A stretch of DNA of 64,000 nucleotides from a virus (taxonomy: Duplodnaviria > Caudoviricetes): positions 1-64,000 of the IMG/VR virus record IMGVR_UViG_2663762783_000006; one strand, written 5' to 3'. The notes below the pieces were generated by a model that made no database searches, had not been told where the DNA came from, and worked only from the letters and a program-made list of their open reading frames with translations. This document shows, piece after piece, positions 19,601 to 27,541 of this stretch (positions within the stretch are counted from its first letter, which is position 1; each line of letters begins with the position of its first letter). Position numbers and translations under genes: made by a program.

Positions 19601-20138
19601 TTTCGTCTTCGCTATCGTAGGGTAAAGCCTTGCTCGTGAAAGGCTTGCTTGTGTCGCCAAACTTGAGCCACCAGCAGAACTGCGCAACCGTTGCATTCAC
19701 GATGGAGCCCAGGCCCGTCCAGCCGCGCTGGTATGAGTTCATGTATGCCGTGCGCGCGCTTTCCTCGTCAGCAAACGCCAGCATGACCTTGTGTTCATCA
19801 AAGGAGCCGTCTTTGCCGTTCTGATTCACGACAAACACGCGATTAGATTCAGGGACCGGCCCGACATAGCAGTCCACGTCGTCGCCGTCAGCGCCGACAT
19901 AGCCTGAGATATAGCCATAGTGGGCCTGGCAGATAACCGACCAGGGCGCACCGTCCGTTTTGCCGATGCGACGCTGGCCCTGCGGCGTCTCAATCGCAAT
20001 ATCCAGGCCGTACAGAGACACGCGCCCTTTTTTGTAGGTGCCCGCGACGGTCTGAGCTAACGACGGCTGCGCGGTCCCATTGATGCCAAAGGCACCGGAG
20101 TTTGCAGCAGATTGGATAGAGCTATAGGTATCGTTCAT
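16629..20138 (-). CDS. darA: DarA-like antirestriction/head protein fused to inorganic pyrophosphatase-like and beta-clamp-like domains
   Basis: IETPQG..R...HYGYI..GADGDDVD (InPase); FELSDGQTVAIFFHNPD...WKWLLNKRDIT (DarA_N); DIRSYLNG..STDGHRM..YPDWSRV (clamp-like); acidic DarA_C-like end. Confidence 0.8.
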   Translation of the reverse strand: MNDTYSSIQSAANSGAFGINGTAQPSLAQTVAGTYKKGRVSLYGLDIAIETPQGQRRIGKTDGAPWSVICQAHYGYISGYVGADGDDVDCYVGPVPESNRVFVVNQNGKDGSFDEHKVMLAFADEESARTAYMNSYQRGWTGLGSIVNATVAQFCWWLKFGDTSKPFTSKALPYDSEDENMTNIIWDSAAEPVSTSLATLLYGLRREDTEGLLLDAVSVADILEDSEGVVALDALVVVSAKLQTKMEQIQRVMEGVGEKVKPVSLQITGPFRQKGTTNICAVFELSDGQTVAIFFHNPDSTPNKILPTDELVSWKWLLNKRDITILVAPENGRDLNPREVARRVMKLAEKNSDKFAKANTARAERLASIESNKTVIAQHEDTLRALDAEIEDLEAKVAAKRAIQPPQPGSEQGATEHPEPVADFDVAVFLANLAQKYGVSDSSRVPLESFVSELEQALPATLQNRDAIKQQMIDSHQASVARNPETIADIARRLIPQEYKTLFSDVTDFGAVAADGLGIRVRLSGNGKSFAGFVLEEKGQDSMGTVPRQGSDEEAIKVMVDKALEAIVTKRGSETEPQPEPEAETPPAVDESNPLNLTPEQLAQVDETVENYRVLNSLKAGSQVVTRDMLIARLGDEILKDRTKAMELLTGTLNSSREKAKTELAVAARELYREQVSDDAIVKTDVMMVGAVKTGALDLSGQPWANDFYRLFNIKPSQIGSIEAGNLNDDAAATLRRFKAGSFQPNGENPVDYQAAARAFLEGDLSKQPLPPAGAKGSRNVIEIEGITNLALTPIEKNVKEAKSPADRFKVAFDTAAKKDIRSYLNGVHVDEAGKLIVSTDGHRMMVISDVDLAGVPKKSEVAKQMGYTVVDEKGNWIEGRYPDWSRVMPTSVRSGELRRFTSKRVAAYARAALKALRYVTVLKFMGVRVEIGDRFAFINASYLLDMAVAFQKLGYASFKMTCVANSGRDGQIYAESDDGKVRQLVMGMRMQSDVPIIEPLRPDGVEGDKAKKTDERTHSDWQAAIISGLAEKLDITESDADAIVMANAFVMTQEWTKGTNAEGVIEILAKPAEPEPEPAPAPQPEPAAEPEDNTVNEQDDRTGEARAYLQSVIDGQVDFMDTALADRLEAIASEFGLGEGGDSELESLFEQAAMAYSDAVVAAAKAAL

Positions 20139-20144
20139 GCCGCC

Positions 20145-20184
20145 AGATTAGCGGCGTTTTGAGCCCTTCTTTTTGGCGCTTTCC
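20145..20184 (-). promoter_or_regulatory. Putative late promoter GGAAAG-N28-TAATCT; probably gives a leaderless darA mRNA
   Basis: Motif family member; the -10 box ends 7 nt before the ATG. Confidence 0.65.
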
Positions 20185-20468
20185 GACACGGCCAGCCATC
20201 CGGCAAAAAGCGGGGTCATGCCCTTGGCATCATCGTTTCCAAGGTCGTCCAGAAGCTCGCTAAGCGTGGGGTTAAGCTCGCCCAGCAGCATCGCGCGGGG
20301 CGTATCAATCGTGCTATGTACACGCGCTAGATTTCCGTGGGCATCGACGCATAAGAGCCAGGCGCGAAGCGTCCAGCGACGGCGCTTTCTCTTGCATTCC
20401 TCTCGGGTTGTGTTGCGGTAGCTCAGGCCCTGGCGGAACTGGCTATGAAAGCGGACAGCGACAAGCAT
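20148..20468 (-). CDS. Hypothetical protein
   Basis: ORF in operon orientation. Confidence 0.45.
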   Translation of the reverse strand: MLVAVRFHSQFRQGLSYRNTTREECKRKRRRWTLRAWLLCVDAHGNLARVHSTIDTPRAMLLGELNPTLSELLDDLGNDDAKGMTPLFAGWLAVSESAKKKGSKRR

Positions 20469-20481
20469 GGGGGCTCACAGG

Positions 20482-20733
20482 TCAGGTAATGCGCTCGATA
20501 CTCAGCACGGCCCAGGGTATCAACCCGCTGGCGCGCGCCTTCTTCTGCACTTCGATAGTGGCGAGCAATTCGCTCATGGTCGGGTAAGTGTCCACGAATC
20601 TGATAGGTAGTCCGCCATCAGGCTTCCGAACGGAAAGCGTCACGCGAATGCTTGGACCTGGCTGATACGCTGGCTTCTTCTTGACGGGCACTGAAATACC
20701 CAGCGCCTCCCTAAACTCATGTTCGGTAAGCAT
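20482..20733 (-). CDS. Hypothetical protein
   Basis: ORF divergent from the 20788 gene. Confidence 0.6.
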   Translation of the reverse strand: MLTEHEFREALGISVPVKKKPAYQPGPSIRVTLSVRKPDGGLPIRFVDTYPTMSELLATIEVQKKARASGLIPWAVLSIERIT

Positions 20734-20787
20734 GTAATTCCCACTTCGGCCAATAGCGTGCTACCTATCAGCATAGACGGAATATCC

Positions 20788-21288
20788 ATGAAAGATGTAG
20801 CTACAGAAACAAACAAGGCTGCACGCCTGCAAAAAATACAGGTCAGTATTGGCGGCTACCAGGGCAGGCCGGTCACGCTGCTATGCGCGCTCGATGACTC
20901 CACCAACGTGCTGACCATTGCAGCCGAAAGCCCGATTTTGACCGAGCGCAAGGAAGGCTTTGCGGTTGTGACGAATCAGGATACGGACTCGTTTGACATG
21001 AAATTCACAGACGACTTGATTCGTGACGCCATCACGTCGTATTACGCCCGCTCCAGCCAGGAAACGCTAGCTGTGCTGGATGCCCTGGCGCGCTTCTCGC
21101 CCGATAACGCCATCACTAAGGATAGCTTTGACGAACGCGGCCCGCGCTACCGTATCAGCCCCGACATTCAGAACGGGCAGCTGGCGATACTGGCGGCCTG
21201 CGCGTTTGCCGACCGGCAGCAGCCCATGAACGCCATCACCAGCATGGCCAGCGAACTCATGCAGCTGTACCAGGCATACACGTTCTAA
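20788..21288 (+). CDS. Conserved P1-like morphogenesis protein (tentatively PmgR-like)
   Basis: Only plus-strand phage gene recognised; ends at a terminator; YRI..DI...LAILAAC motif. Confidence 0.6.
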   Translation: MKDVATETNKAARLQKIQVSIGGYQGRPVTLLCALDDSTNVLTIAAESPILTERKEGFAVVTNQDTDSFDMKFTDDLIRDAITSYYARSSQETLAVLDALARFSPDNAITKDSFDERGPRYRISPDIQNGQLAILAACAFADRQQPMNAITSMASELMQLYQAYTF

Positions 21289-21295
21289 TCGGCAC

Positions 21296-21324
21296 AAAAA
21301 AGCCCGCACCTGGCGGGCTTCTCT
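21296..21324. terminator. Bidirectional terminator between convergent genes
   Basis: AAAAAAGCCCGC-ACCTG-GCGGGCTTCTCTT. Confidence 0.85.
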
Positions 21325-21965
21325 TACGCTTCGTCGAACAGTGTGCCCGTCACCTTGACCGGCTCACCTTCGGGCTCATCCGCGCTATCAAACAGCGGCT
21401 CCGTCACGTCATCTTCGAACGGCTCGCGGTCTTCGTCTTCCTCCTCCTCCTCGGCAGTACCTTGCACCGAGTCTAACGCCTGCTCGCCAAGCTCTGCCTT
21501 AAGCTCATCGCGGCGCGTCGTGGCCTCCTCGATCTGCTTGGCCAGCTGCTCGATGCGCTCGGCTTGGGCATGCTCGATCTTGGGCGCAGCGGACTTGATG
21601 CCTTTGGGTATTTCGACCGCCTTACGCGCGAGCTGCTTTTGAAACTTGGCTTGATTGGCCTTAGCAGCAGCGGCAATTTCTGCTAGCGCCTTGGTAGCAT
21701 CCTGCTGGTGGATTGGTAGCACGTTGCCGTTCAGTAGCACGCGGAATACGTCGCCGGTCAGCTTGACCATTAGCGTGACGGTCTGCCCGCTAGCCAGCGT
21801 CAGCATGGCCTGCCGGTAGCCTACGCCCGCCGTGCGCTTGGGCTTAAGGTCATAGCTGCTTGATACAACCGGCTGACCTGCGCGCAGCATGATCTGAGAG
21901 ACTTTCTTGAGCGAGCGCTTAGCGTCCGACTCGTTGTCAAAGTCGAAAAGTATGTTGTCTGCCAT
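21324..21965 (-). CDS. hdf: Hdf (homolog of DarA fragment) head protein
   Basis: LTLASGQTVTLMVKLTGDVFRVLLNG resembles DarA_N; FQKQLAR followed by coiled coil. Confidence 0.75.
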   Translation of the reverse strand: MADNILFDFDNESDAKRSLKKVSQIMLRAGQPVVSSSYDLKPKRTAGVGYRQAMLTLASGQTVTLMVKLTGDVFRVLLNGNVLPIHQQDATKALAEIAAAAKANQAKFQKQLARKAVEIPKGIKSAAPKIEHAQAERIEQLAKQIEEATTRRDELKAELGEQALDSVQGTAEEEEEDEDREPFEDDVTEPLFDSADEPEGEPVKVTGTLFDEA

Positions 21966-21990
21966 AACAATGGTCTCGTGAATTTCGCCT

Positions 21991-22031
21991 ATTGTGCCCG
22001 CACCAGGCAAAGGGCCTGGCAGGGGCTTTCC
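21991..22031 (-). promoter_or_regulatory. Putative late promoter GGAAAG-N29-CACAAT (hdf)
   Basis: Motif family member. Confidence 0.7.
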
Positions 22032-22033
22032 GG

Positions 22034-22549
22034 TTACGCTTGTGCTGCCGACGTTGGCGGGCCGTCGTGCTCGGTGTGGTGGTGCTCTTGAACGCCAATG
22101 CCGTCGCTCGTGATATCGCCGCCGGTTTGCGTAAGCGGGCCGTTCATTGTGTTAGCGCTGGCCACCTGCGCAATCGACTCGGGCGTCAGCTCGAACGTTG
22201 AGCCGCCCACTTCCAGGCGAATCGACTTGCCCGCTTTTAGCACAATGGTTTCGTCGGCAATGATCGTGAAGTTCTCGTGCTCCCAATGGCGCGTGCCAAT
22301 CATGTTCGAGAGGTTGCGTGATCGAAAGCCGGTAATGATTGGGTAACGCGGATCGCCCGCTAGAAAGTCAATCCAGATAGGATCGCCAGGCAGGATACGG
22401 ATTTCGGTATCAGGGCTTCGGTCGCCCAGGCTCTGCTCAATCTCGGCAATCAAGTGCGAGCCTGCGCCGTCCGTTAGGCCCTCGGCGACTATCTCGCAGG
22501 TACGCGCGTCTCGATCATAGGAAACCACTACAGCAGGCCAGCGGCTCAT
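22034..22549 (-). CDS. Baseplate spike (P1 gp5 / gpV-like)
   Basis: OB fold GDPIWIDFLAGDPRYPII; C-terminal HxH iron-binding tip. Confidence 0.85.
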   Translation of the reverse strand: MSRWPAVVVSYDRDARTCEIVAEGLTDGAGSHLIAEIEQSLGDRSPDTEIRILPGDPIWIDFLAGDPRYPIITGFRSRNLSNMIGTRHWEHENFTIIADETIVLKAGKSIRLEVGGSTFELTPESIAQVASANTMNGPLTQTGGDITSDGIGVQEHHHTEHDGPPTSAAQA

Positions 22550-23442
22550 ACCGAAAGGTCTCCTACCCAAAAACGCGATACGTTGTCCTGCATCCCGCCG
22601 TTGCGCTGGCGGTCACGATGCGCAGCTGTAATGACCAGCTGACTTACACCGCCTATCGTAATGATATCGCCCGCTCTTACGTGCGGCGCAGGGCTTGAAT
22701 CGATCACGCGCCGCGTCACCAGTACCTTGGATAGGTTTTGCAGCGTTCGCGCGTCCTGACGCGGAATAAAGCGCGTGCGGCGGGACGTTCCATAGTTGCC
22801 CTTCACTATGCTGCCATCCGGCGCAATGGAAAAGCCCATTGCTATCTCGTGGCGCTCCAGCAGCTCGCTATTGAGCGCGGCGCTCGAATCGCCCTGGCCA
22901 ATGGTATGGACAGGCTTTTGCGCCATCAGCACGTTAAGCCGCTCGATAGATAGCTTGCCCTCGCGCATGACCAGCGCTGCGCCCTCCTCTTGTAGTGCCA
23001 GCGCAATGGCCACGCTTGGTACATCGCCGACCAGTGAAGCGAAACGGGTCACATTGAAGTCATTACCAATCGCCACGCGCGCACCACACGCCAGATACAG
23101 CGACGCCAGCGACTCGTTATGCCCGATAACCGCGCGCGCCGTCGGCTCCGCAAGTGACTTGCAGCTGGCCAGAAACGCTGTGTACTTGATGGCTTGCACA
23201 GGCGTTTCGCCCTGAATGACGCCGGTCGGCGCGGATCGCTCGCGCTTCACAATGCTGTATTCCAGGTGCTCGCGGCCCGCCCATACCGACGCGCCAGCGC
23301 TAAGCTTCGACTCCAGGTCGCCACGCAGCTGCACCGTAAATTCAAGGGTACGCGGAACCGGCGCAAGGTCGCTGCGCTGGATCGTGTCCAGCACCAGGTC
23401 GCCTGGCACCTGGTTGCCGGTCTTCGACAGATACAGAATCAC
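22546..23442 (-). CDS. Baseplate hub (P1 gp6-like)
   Basis: RSDLAPVPRTLE and LQEEGA motifs; synteny 5-6-24. Confidence 0.75.
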   Translation of the reverse strand: MILYLSKTGNQVPGDLVLDTIQRSDLAPVPRTLEFTVQLRGDLESKLSAGASVWAGREHLEYSIVKRERSAPTGVIQGETPVQAIKYTAFLASCKSLAEPTARAVIGHNESLASLYLACGARVAIGNDFNVTRFASLVGDVPSVAIALALQEEGAALVMREGKLSIERLNVLMAQKPVHTIGQGDSSAALNSELLERHEIAMGFSIAPDGSIVKGNYGTSRRTRFIPRQDARTLQNLSKVLVTRRVIDSSPAPHVRAGDIITIGGVSQLVITAAHRDRQRNGGMQDNVSRFWVGDLSV

Positions 23443-24209
23443 GGCGCAGGGCTCCGGTCGATACCGTCGTCGGTTACGCCCATCTGATCGCGCACGTTCT
23501 CGTCTACCACGTCCACGCTTGTGACGCGCGGGTAGCCTGGCGGGTTATTGCTCGAACCGTCGTTAGGCTCGCCTGGTTTGGGCGCATCGAAAAACGGCGT
23601 TGTTACTTTGAGCGTGATATCGCAGACCAGGGCCGTCATGTTCTTGGATTCCCCTGCCGTCATAAACTGGACGTCAGGGTTTTCGATCTGAATGGGCACC
23701 TCAATCGTGTACTGGCCGAACGTGTGCGTAGCCATAAACGTGCGGTTGTCTTGATTGCCCAGGTAATTGGACAGCTGCGCCGCAATAGACGATGCGCTCC
23801 AGCGCTCGGGCGCAAGTATCACGAACTGCGCACGAACGTCGTGCATCGCCTGGCGCATGCCGTACATGGACGCATTGCGCTCGCGGGTAAATGCAATCAT
23901 CTGGCGCGGTATCTGCCGACCGCCCCAATCGCCCAGCGTATTAACAAAGTCTCGGGAGGTTGCCACAAACATGACCGGCAGCTTTGAATTGCTGCCATGT
24001 GGCCCTTGTTGGTCACGTTGGTAGGCTTCGAGCATGGCATTGACGTCGTCAATCATGCGGCCCGACGCGACCTTGATCGCCTTGGCTGCACCGCGCGCGG
24101 CAAACTCCGTAACTGCGGGCGTGTCGCCATACAGCTCGGAGTTATACCACTTGGCGATAAATCGGTTTAATGCCTCGGCGTGAGGCATCATTTCACCGTA
24201 TTGGCTCAT
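23439..24209 (-). CDS. Tail terminator/completion protein (P1 gp24-like)
   Basis: Synteny; KLPVMFVA motif. Confidence 0.7.
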   Translation of the reverse strand: MSQYGEMMPHAEALNRFIAKWYNSELYGDTPAVTEFAARGAAKAIKVASGRMIDDVNAMLEAYQRDQQGPHGSNSKLPVMFVATSRDFVNTLGDWGGRQIPRQMIAFTRERNASMYGMRQAMHDVRAQFVILAPERWSASSIAAQLSNYLGNQDNRTFMATHTFGQYTIEVPIQIENPDVQFMTAGESKNMTALVCDITLKVTTPFFDAPKPGEPNDGSSNNPPGYPRVTSVDVVDENVRDQMGVTDDGIDRSPAP

Positions 24210-24724
24210 TACTCTGGCTCGCAAGAATCGATATCTTGCGACGGTACAGGACTAAACGCAGGCCGCCTGCGCACGCTTTCCGAGGTAACGGTAGGATGCG
24301 CCTGCATCCACAAATGGAGCGGCGTCAGCCTCCATATCTGATCCTCACGAAACAGTGGCCACTGCGCTTGCGAGAAGCACCAGGCTACCAGCTCAGAGCA
24401 AAACCACTTGTCATCGGTTGACCAGTCACGAAAGCGTGTGACAAGGCCCAGGATGCCTAGGAAGTCATAAGGCTTGCCCAGCTGCGTATACGCCATCGTC
24501 AGCACGCGGCGGGCATCAGGGCACGGTACGCGCACAAAGGCATAGCTGCTGACGCTGCGCAGCCGGTCCTCCAGCTTATCGATACGCACGCCGCCTGGCA
24601 GCGCTCCGATGACGTTGGGGCCGTCCACAAACTCCACATGCGACCAAGGCGAGCCGTTAAACAAGCGGATCGCCAGGCTATGAGGCGTCGCGGTGCGGCT
24701 ATACAGCAGTACGACGCTTTCCAT
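24209..24724 (-). CDS. Permuted papain-like (YiiX/YebB, NlpC/P60) amidase
   Basis: WSHVE...LGKPYD...WFCSELV. Confidence 0.8.
   Translation of the reverse strand: MESVVLLYSRTATPHSLAIRLFNGSPWSHVEFVDGPNVIGALPGGVRIDKLEDRLRSVSSYAFVRVPCPDARRVLTMAYTQLGKPYDFLGILGLVTRFRDWSTDDKWFCSELVAWCFSQAQWPLFREDQIWRLTPLHLWMQAHPTVTSESVRRRPAFSPVPSQDIDSCEPE
24241..24281 (-). promoter_or_regulatory. Putative late promoter GGAAAG-N29-TACCGT (gp24-6-5 operon)
   Basis: Motif family member. Confidence 0.65.
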
Positions 24725-24725
24725 G

Positions 24726-25412
24726 TTAGTCGGCCTCGGCGTGCATCTGGTAACGCAGCGTAAATGCCTTGTCCAGGTCGTCGGCGTCCTGCACCTCTCT
24801 GGCGTGCCGTGGCTCAACCTTATAGCCAATGCGCGCCTGGTTGACCGTGCCGTCACTGTTAAGCGTGACGCTGCGGTAGCCGTAGTACACGCGGCCCGTT
24901 GTTCGGTCCTTGGCCCTTACGAAGTACCAGCCTTCGGCTACCGGCGCTTTGTCCGTAATGGATTCAGCAGAGCCCCACCAGTCAATGTCGCAGTCATTCG
25001 GGAAGCAGGCCAGCAGGCGGCTTGAGCGCTTGGCCCAATTGAACGGGTTGCGGCACAGCCATAGGTAGATAAACCAGCGCTTGCGCTCGCGGCCCTTATC
25101 ACGCGCCGACGTCTTGCCCGACGGCTCGCCTAACAGGCCGTCCTCATAGTTGTTCCAGGGCCGTAGCAGCGCGTAGGGGCTATTCCAATACTCCCACCAG
25201 CCAGACGCCCCAAGGTCTAGGTACTTCTGGCTATGACGAGCGTTCAGGGCCTTTCCTTGCGGATGCTTGGAGCTGGCGCGACCTGTCAGCGCTACCAGTG
25301 GCCCCATCGGGAAATAGGTCAGGAGGGTGCCTGTAATAACAATCAGGCTGATTAGAAACCACTGCCAGAAGGCGGCAAGGCGGTATTTTAGCGGGATATC
25401 CGAAAACGACAT
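24726..25412 (-). CDS. Phage protein with N-terminal membrane segment
   Basis: Hydrophobic N-terminus; EDGLLGE...WLCRNP; GGAG RBS. Confidence 0.65.
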   Translation of the reverse strand: MSFSDIPLKYRLAAFWQWFLISLIVITGTLLTYFPMGPLVALTGRASSKHPQGKALNARHSQKYLDLGASGWWEYWNSPYALLRPWNNYEDGLLGEPSGKTSARDKGRERKRWFIYLWLCRNPFNWAKRSSRLLACFPNDCDIDWWGSAESITDKAPVAEGWYFVRAKDRTTGRVYYGYRSVTLNSDGTVNQARIGYKVEPRHAREVQDADDLDKAFTLRYQMHAEAD

Positions 25413-25441
25413 AAAGCGACTCCAGTTAAATGAGTCGCCCT

Positions 25442-25482
25442 ATGTTGAGCCCAACGGAAAGACCGATTGCGCCGGTATTTCC
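25442..25482 (-). promoter_or_regulatory. Putative late promoter variant GGAAAT-N29-CAACAT
   Basis: Motif family member with one mismatch. Confidence 0.5.
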
Positions 25483-25527
25483 GAGGGATACGCTTACATC
25501 CAGAAGGCCGGTTTTAGCGGCCTCCTC

Positions 25528-26088
25528 TCAGACAGCAGGGGTCTGCCATACAATGGCGGACACGTCCTCCAACGTTGTGGCCGCCTTGGCCTTTTTCACA
25601 AGCGCGTCTTTAGTGCCGATATAGGTAAGCTTGATCTTGGTAAATCGCACTCCTACTTTTTGAATCTGCGCAGCAGTATGCGCGACCGCATCCCACTCAC
25701 CGCTACTATTGGCGCACTTGAATGGCGTCGTCCAGTCCTCGGACTGACCATCCTCCAGCTGGGAGAGCTGAATAGAGCCGGTCAGATTAAGCTGGTCCTC
25801 AACCAGCGACGGGTAGGTATAGACAGCGCCCAGCGCATCACAGGTAAAGCCGCCTGTAATGGCCGCTGCGCACGCTGCCGTCAGCTCAGCCACCTTGGCA
25901 TCTATCGCAAGCTTGAGCGGAAGCGTTGCAGCAGCCTCTGAAAGCTCGGCAACGGTCGGCTGCGGCACGCCCTCAAGGGCCCATTCAGAAATGTAGTCGC
26001 CTCGATCATCAGCATCATTGCGCAACTGCCAGGAGGTTTTCGGGTTAGCCGCCGGAAACAGCGCAACCAGGATTTCATGCAAGGTCAT
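25528..26088 (-). CDS. Tail fibre assembly chaperone (DUF4376-like), copy 2
   Basis: ACAAAITGGF..DALG..Y.YPS..EDQLNL...HT..Q..KVG. Confidence 0.8.
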   Translation of the reverse strand: MTLHEILVALFPAANPKTSWQLRNDADDRGDYISEWALEGVPQPTVAELSEAAATLPLKLAIDAKVAELTAACAAAITGGFTCDALGAVYTYPSLVEDQLNLTGSIQLSQLEDGQSEDWTTPFKCANSSGEWDAVAHTAAQIQKVGVRFTKIKLTYIGTKDALVKKAKAATTLEDVSAIVWQTPAV

Positions 26089-26966
26089 TATTGAACTCTC
26101 CGACCGCTAAACCAGGACAGCGAACCGTCCGCATACGTGCTATCCGCTACGTTGCTAAAGTAATAAACGGCAATCTTGTCGCCCGCACTGAGCGACAGCG
26201 CGCCGCTATGACCACCGAGCGAAGTATTCCCTATCGACGACGAGCTTTCGCCTAGACGGGCGCGCTGGACGCCGTTGATATAGAGGTCTAGCGCGCGCGC
26301 AGCCACTGAGCCGGTACTGCCATGAACTTCCGCGCTAAACTCGTAGATTCCAGGGTACTTAACCGTGAACTGGCCGGTAGCAAGGTCGAACTCCTCCAGC
26401 TGATCCAGTGTTTTTGCACCAAAAACCACTCGCGTATAGGTCTGCGCGGCAATGGCCTGAGATGCAGACACAGCAGCGCGAAAGGCCGACAGGCGCGACT
26501 TACTACGCTGGTCGATATCCCAGGTGCCGCCAATGGCAAACCAGTTCACGCCATCGGTATTCGTGAAAATGACGCTCTCGCCAGGGTTTAGCGTCATCGC
26601 CGTGGCTCGACCGGCAGTGCCCGCCGACATGAAGTTCTGGCCCTGCACCTTAAAGTTAATCGCGTAAAAGGTATTACTGAAAAAGGCCAGCGTTGCGCCA
26701 AGCACCTGACCGGCAGGCGGCATCGTAATAGTAATAACCTTGGACGCGGCCAACTGGAAAACCTTGCCCAGGTCATCGGCGGTCAATACCGTGTCCTCAG
26801 ACAGCTGTGAGCTATCCTTAAAATTGCCTGCCTGGCGCATGACGAACGCGGTGTCTGCCAGCAATTTCGAGTTATTACCGCGCGCAGGCGTAGTGGCGCG
26901 CGTTGGGTTATCCATAAAGTCACGGACAGCCTTGTCCGTGTTACCCATGTCGAATGAACGAGTCAT
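26088..26966 (-). CDS. Short or secondary tail fibre with C1q-like C-terminal domain
   Basis: N-terminal part paralogous to the main fibre; F...TG.FTVKYPGIYEFS C1q signature. Confidence 0.75.
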   Translation of the reverse strand: MTRSFDMGNTDKAVRDFMDNPTRATTPARGNNSKLLADTAFVMRQAGNFKDSSQLSEDTVLTADDLGKVFQLAASKVITITMPPAGQVLGATLAFFSNTFYAINFKVQGQNFMSAGTAGRATAMTLNPGESVIFTNTDGVNWFAIGGTWDIDQRSKSRLSAFRAAVSASQAIAAQTYTRVVFGAKTLDQLEEFDLATGQFTVKYPGIYEFSAEVHGSTGSVAARALDLYINGVQRARLGESSSSIGNTSLGGHSGALSLSAGDKIAVYYFSNVADSTYADGSLSWFSGRRVQ

Positions 26967-27532
26967 GCTTGCACCTCACTCCAGACTACTGCGGCCAGCT
27001 CATTGAGCGTTGTAGCCGCCTTGGCTTTTTCCACGAGGTCGTCTTTTGCATCGATTAGCGTTTGCTTAATCAGGGCAAACGTGACGCCTACCTTTTGCAG
27101 CTGCTCCAGCGTATGCGGGCGCTTGGCCCACACGCCCGCACGGTCAGCACACTTAAAGGTCGTACTGGTTGTCGGGGAAATGGACAGCATCTGAATAACG
27201 CCGGTTAGGTTTAGCTGGTCCTCGATCTTTGACGGGTAGCTGTAGGTCTCCCCAAGCGCGTCACTCTCAAAGCCCGCCACGATAGCGGCGGCGCAGGCGT
27301 CGTTCAGCTCGGCTACTTTGGCCTCCAGCGCAGCAGGCAACAGGTCGGCATCGGTTGTCGCCGTGACCTTGCCCTTGACCAGGCGATATGCCTGGTAGTC
27401 CTGGTGCTGGCTTTCGGAGCACTCGACCTGCTCACTCGGCAGCTCAAAGCCGTCAAAGGATGAAAGCTCATAGCGGAACGCACCCAAAGGCAGGCCCGCC
27501 GCGTTAAATTCAATCGTATGCTTAATCTGCAT
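26963..27532 (-). CDS. Tail fibre assembly chaperone (DUF4376-like), copy 1
   Basis: Paralog of 25528-26088. Confidence 0.8.
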   Translation of the reverse strand: MQIKHTIEFNAAGLPLGAFRYELSSFDGFELPSEQVECSESQHQDYQAYRLVKGKVTATTDADLLPAALEAKVAELNDACAAAIVAGFESDALGETYSYPSKIEDQLNLTGVIQMLSISPTTSTTFKCADRAGVWAKRPHTLEQLQKVGVTFALIKQTLIDAKDDLVEKAKAATTLNELAAVVWSEVQA

Positions 27533-27541
27533 TGGGCTGCC

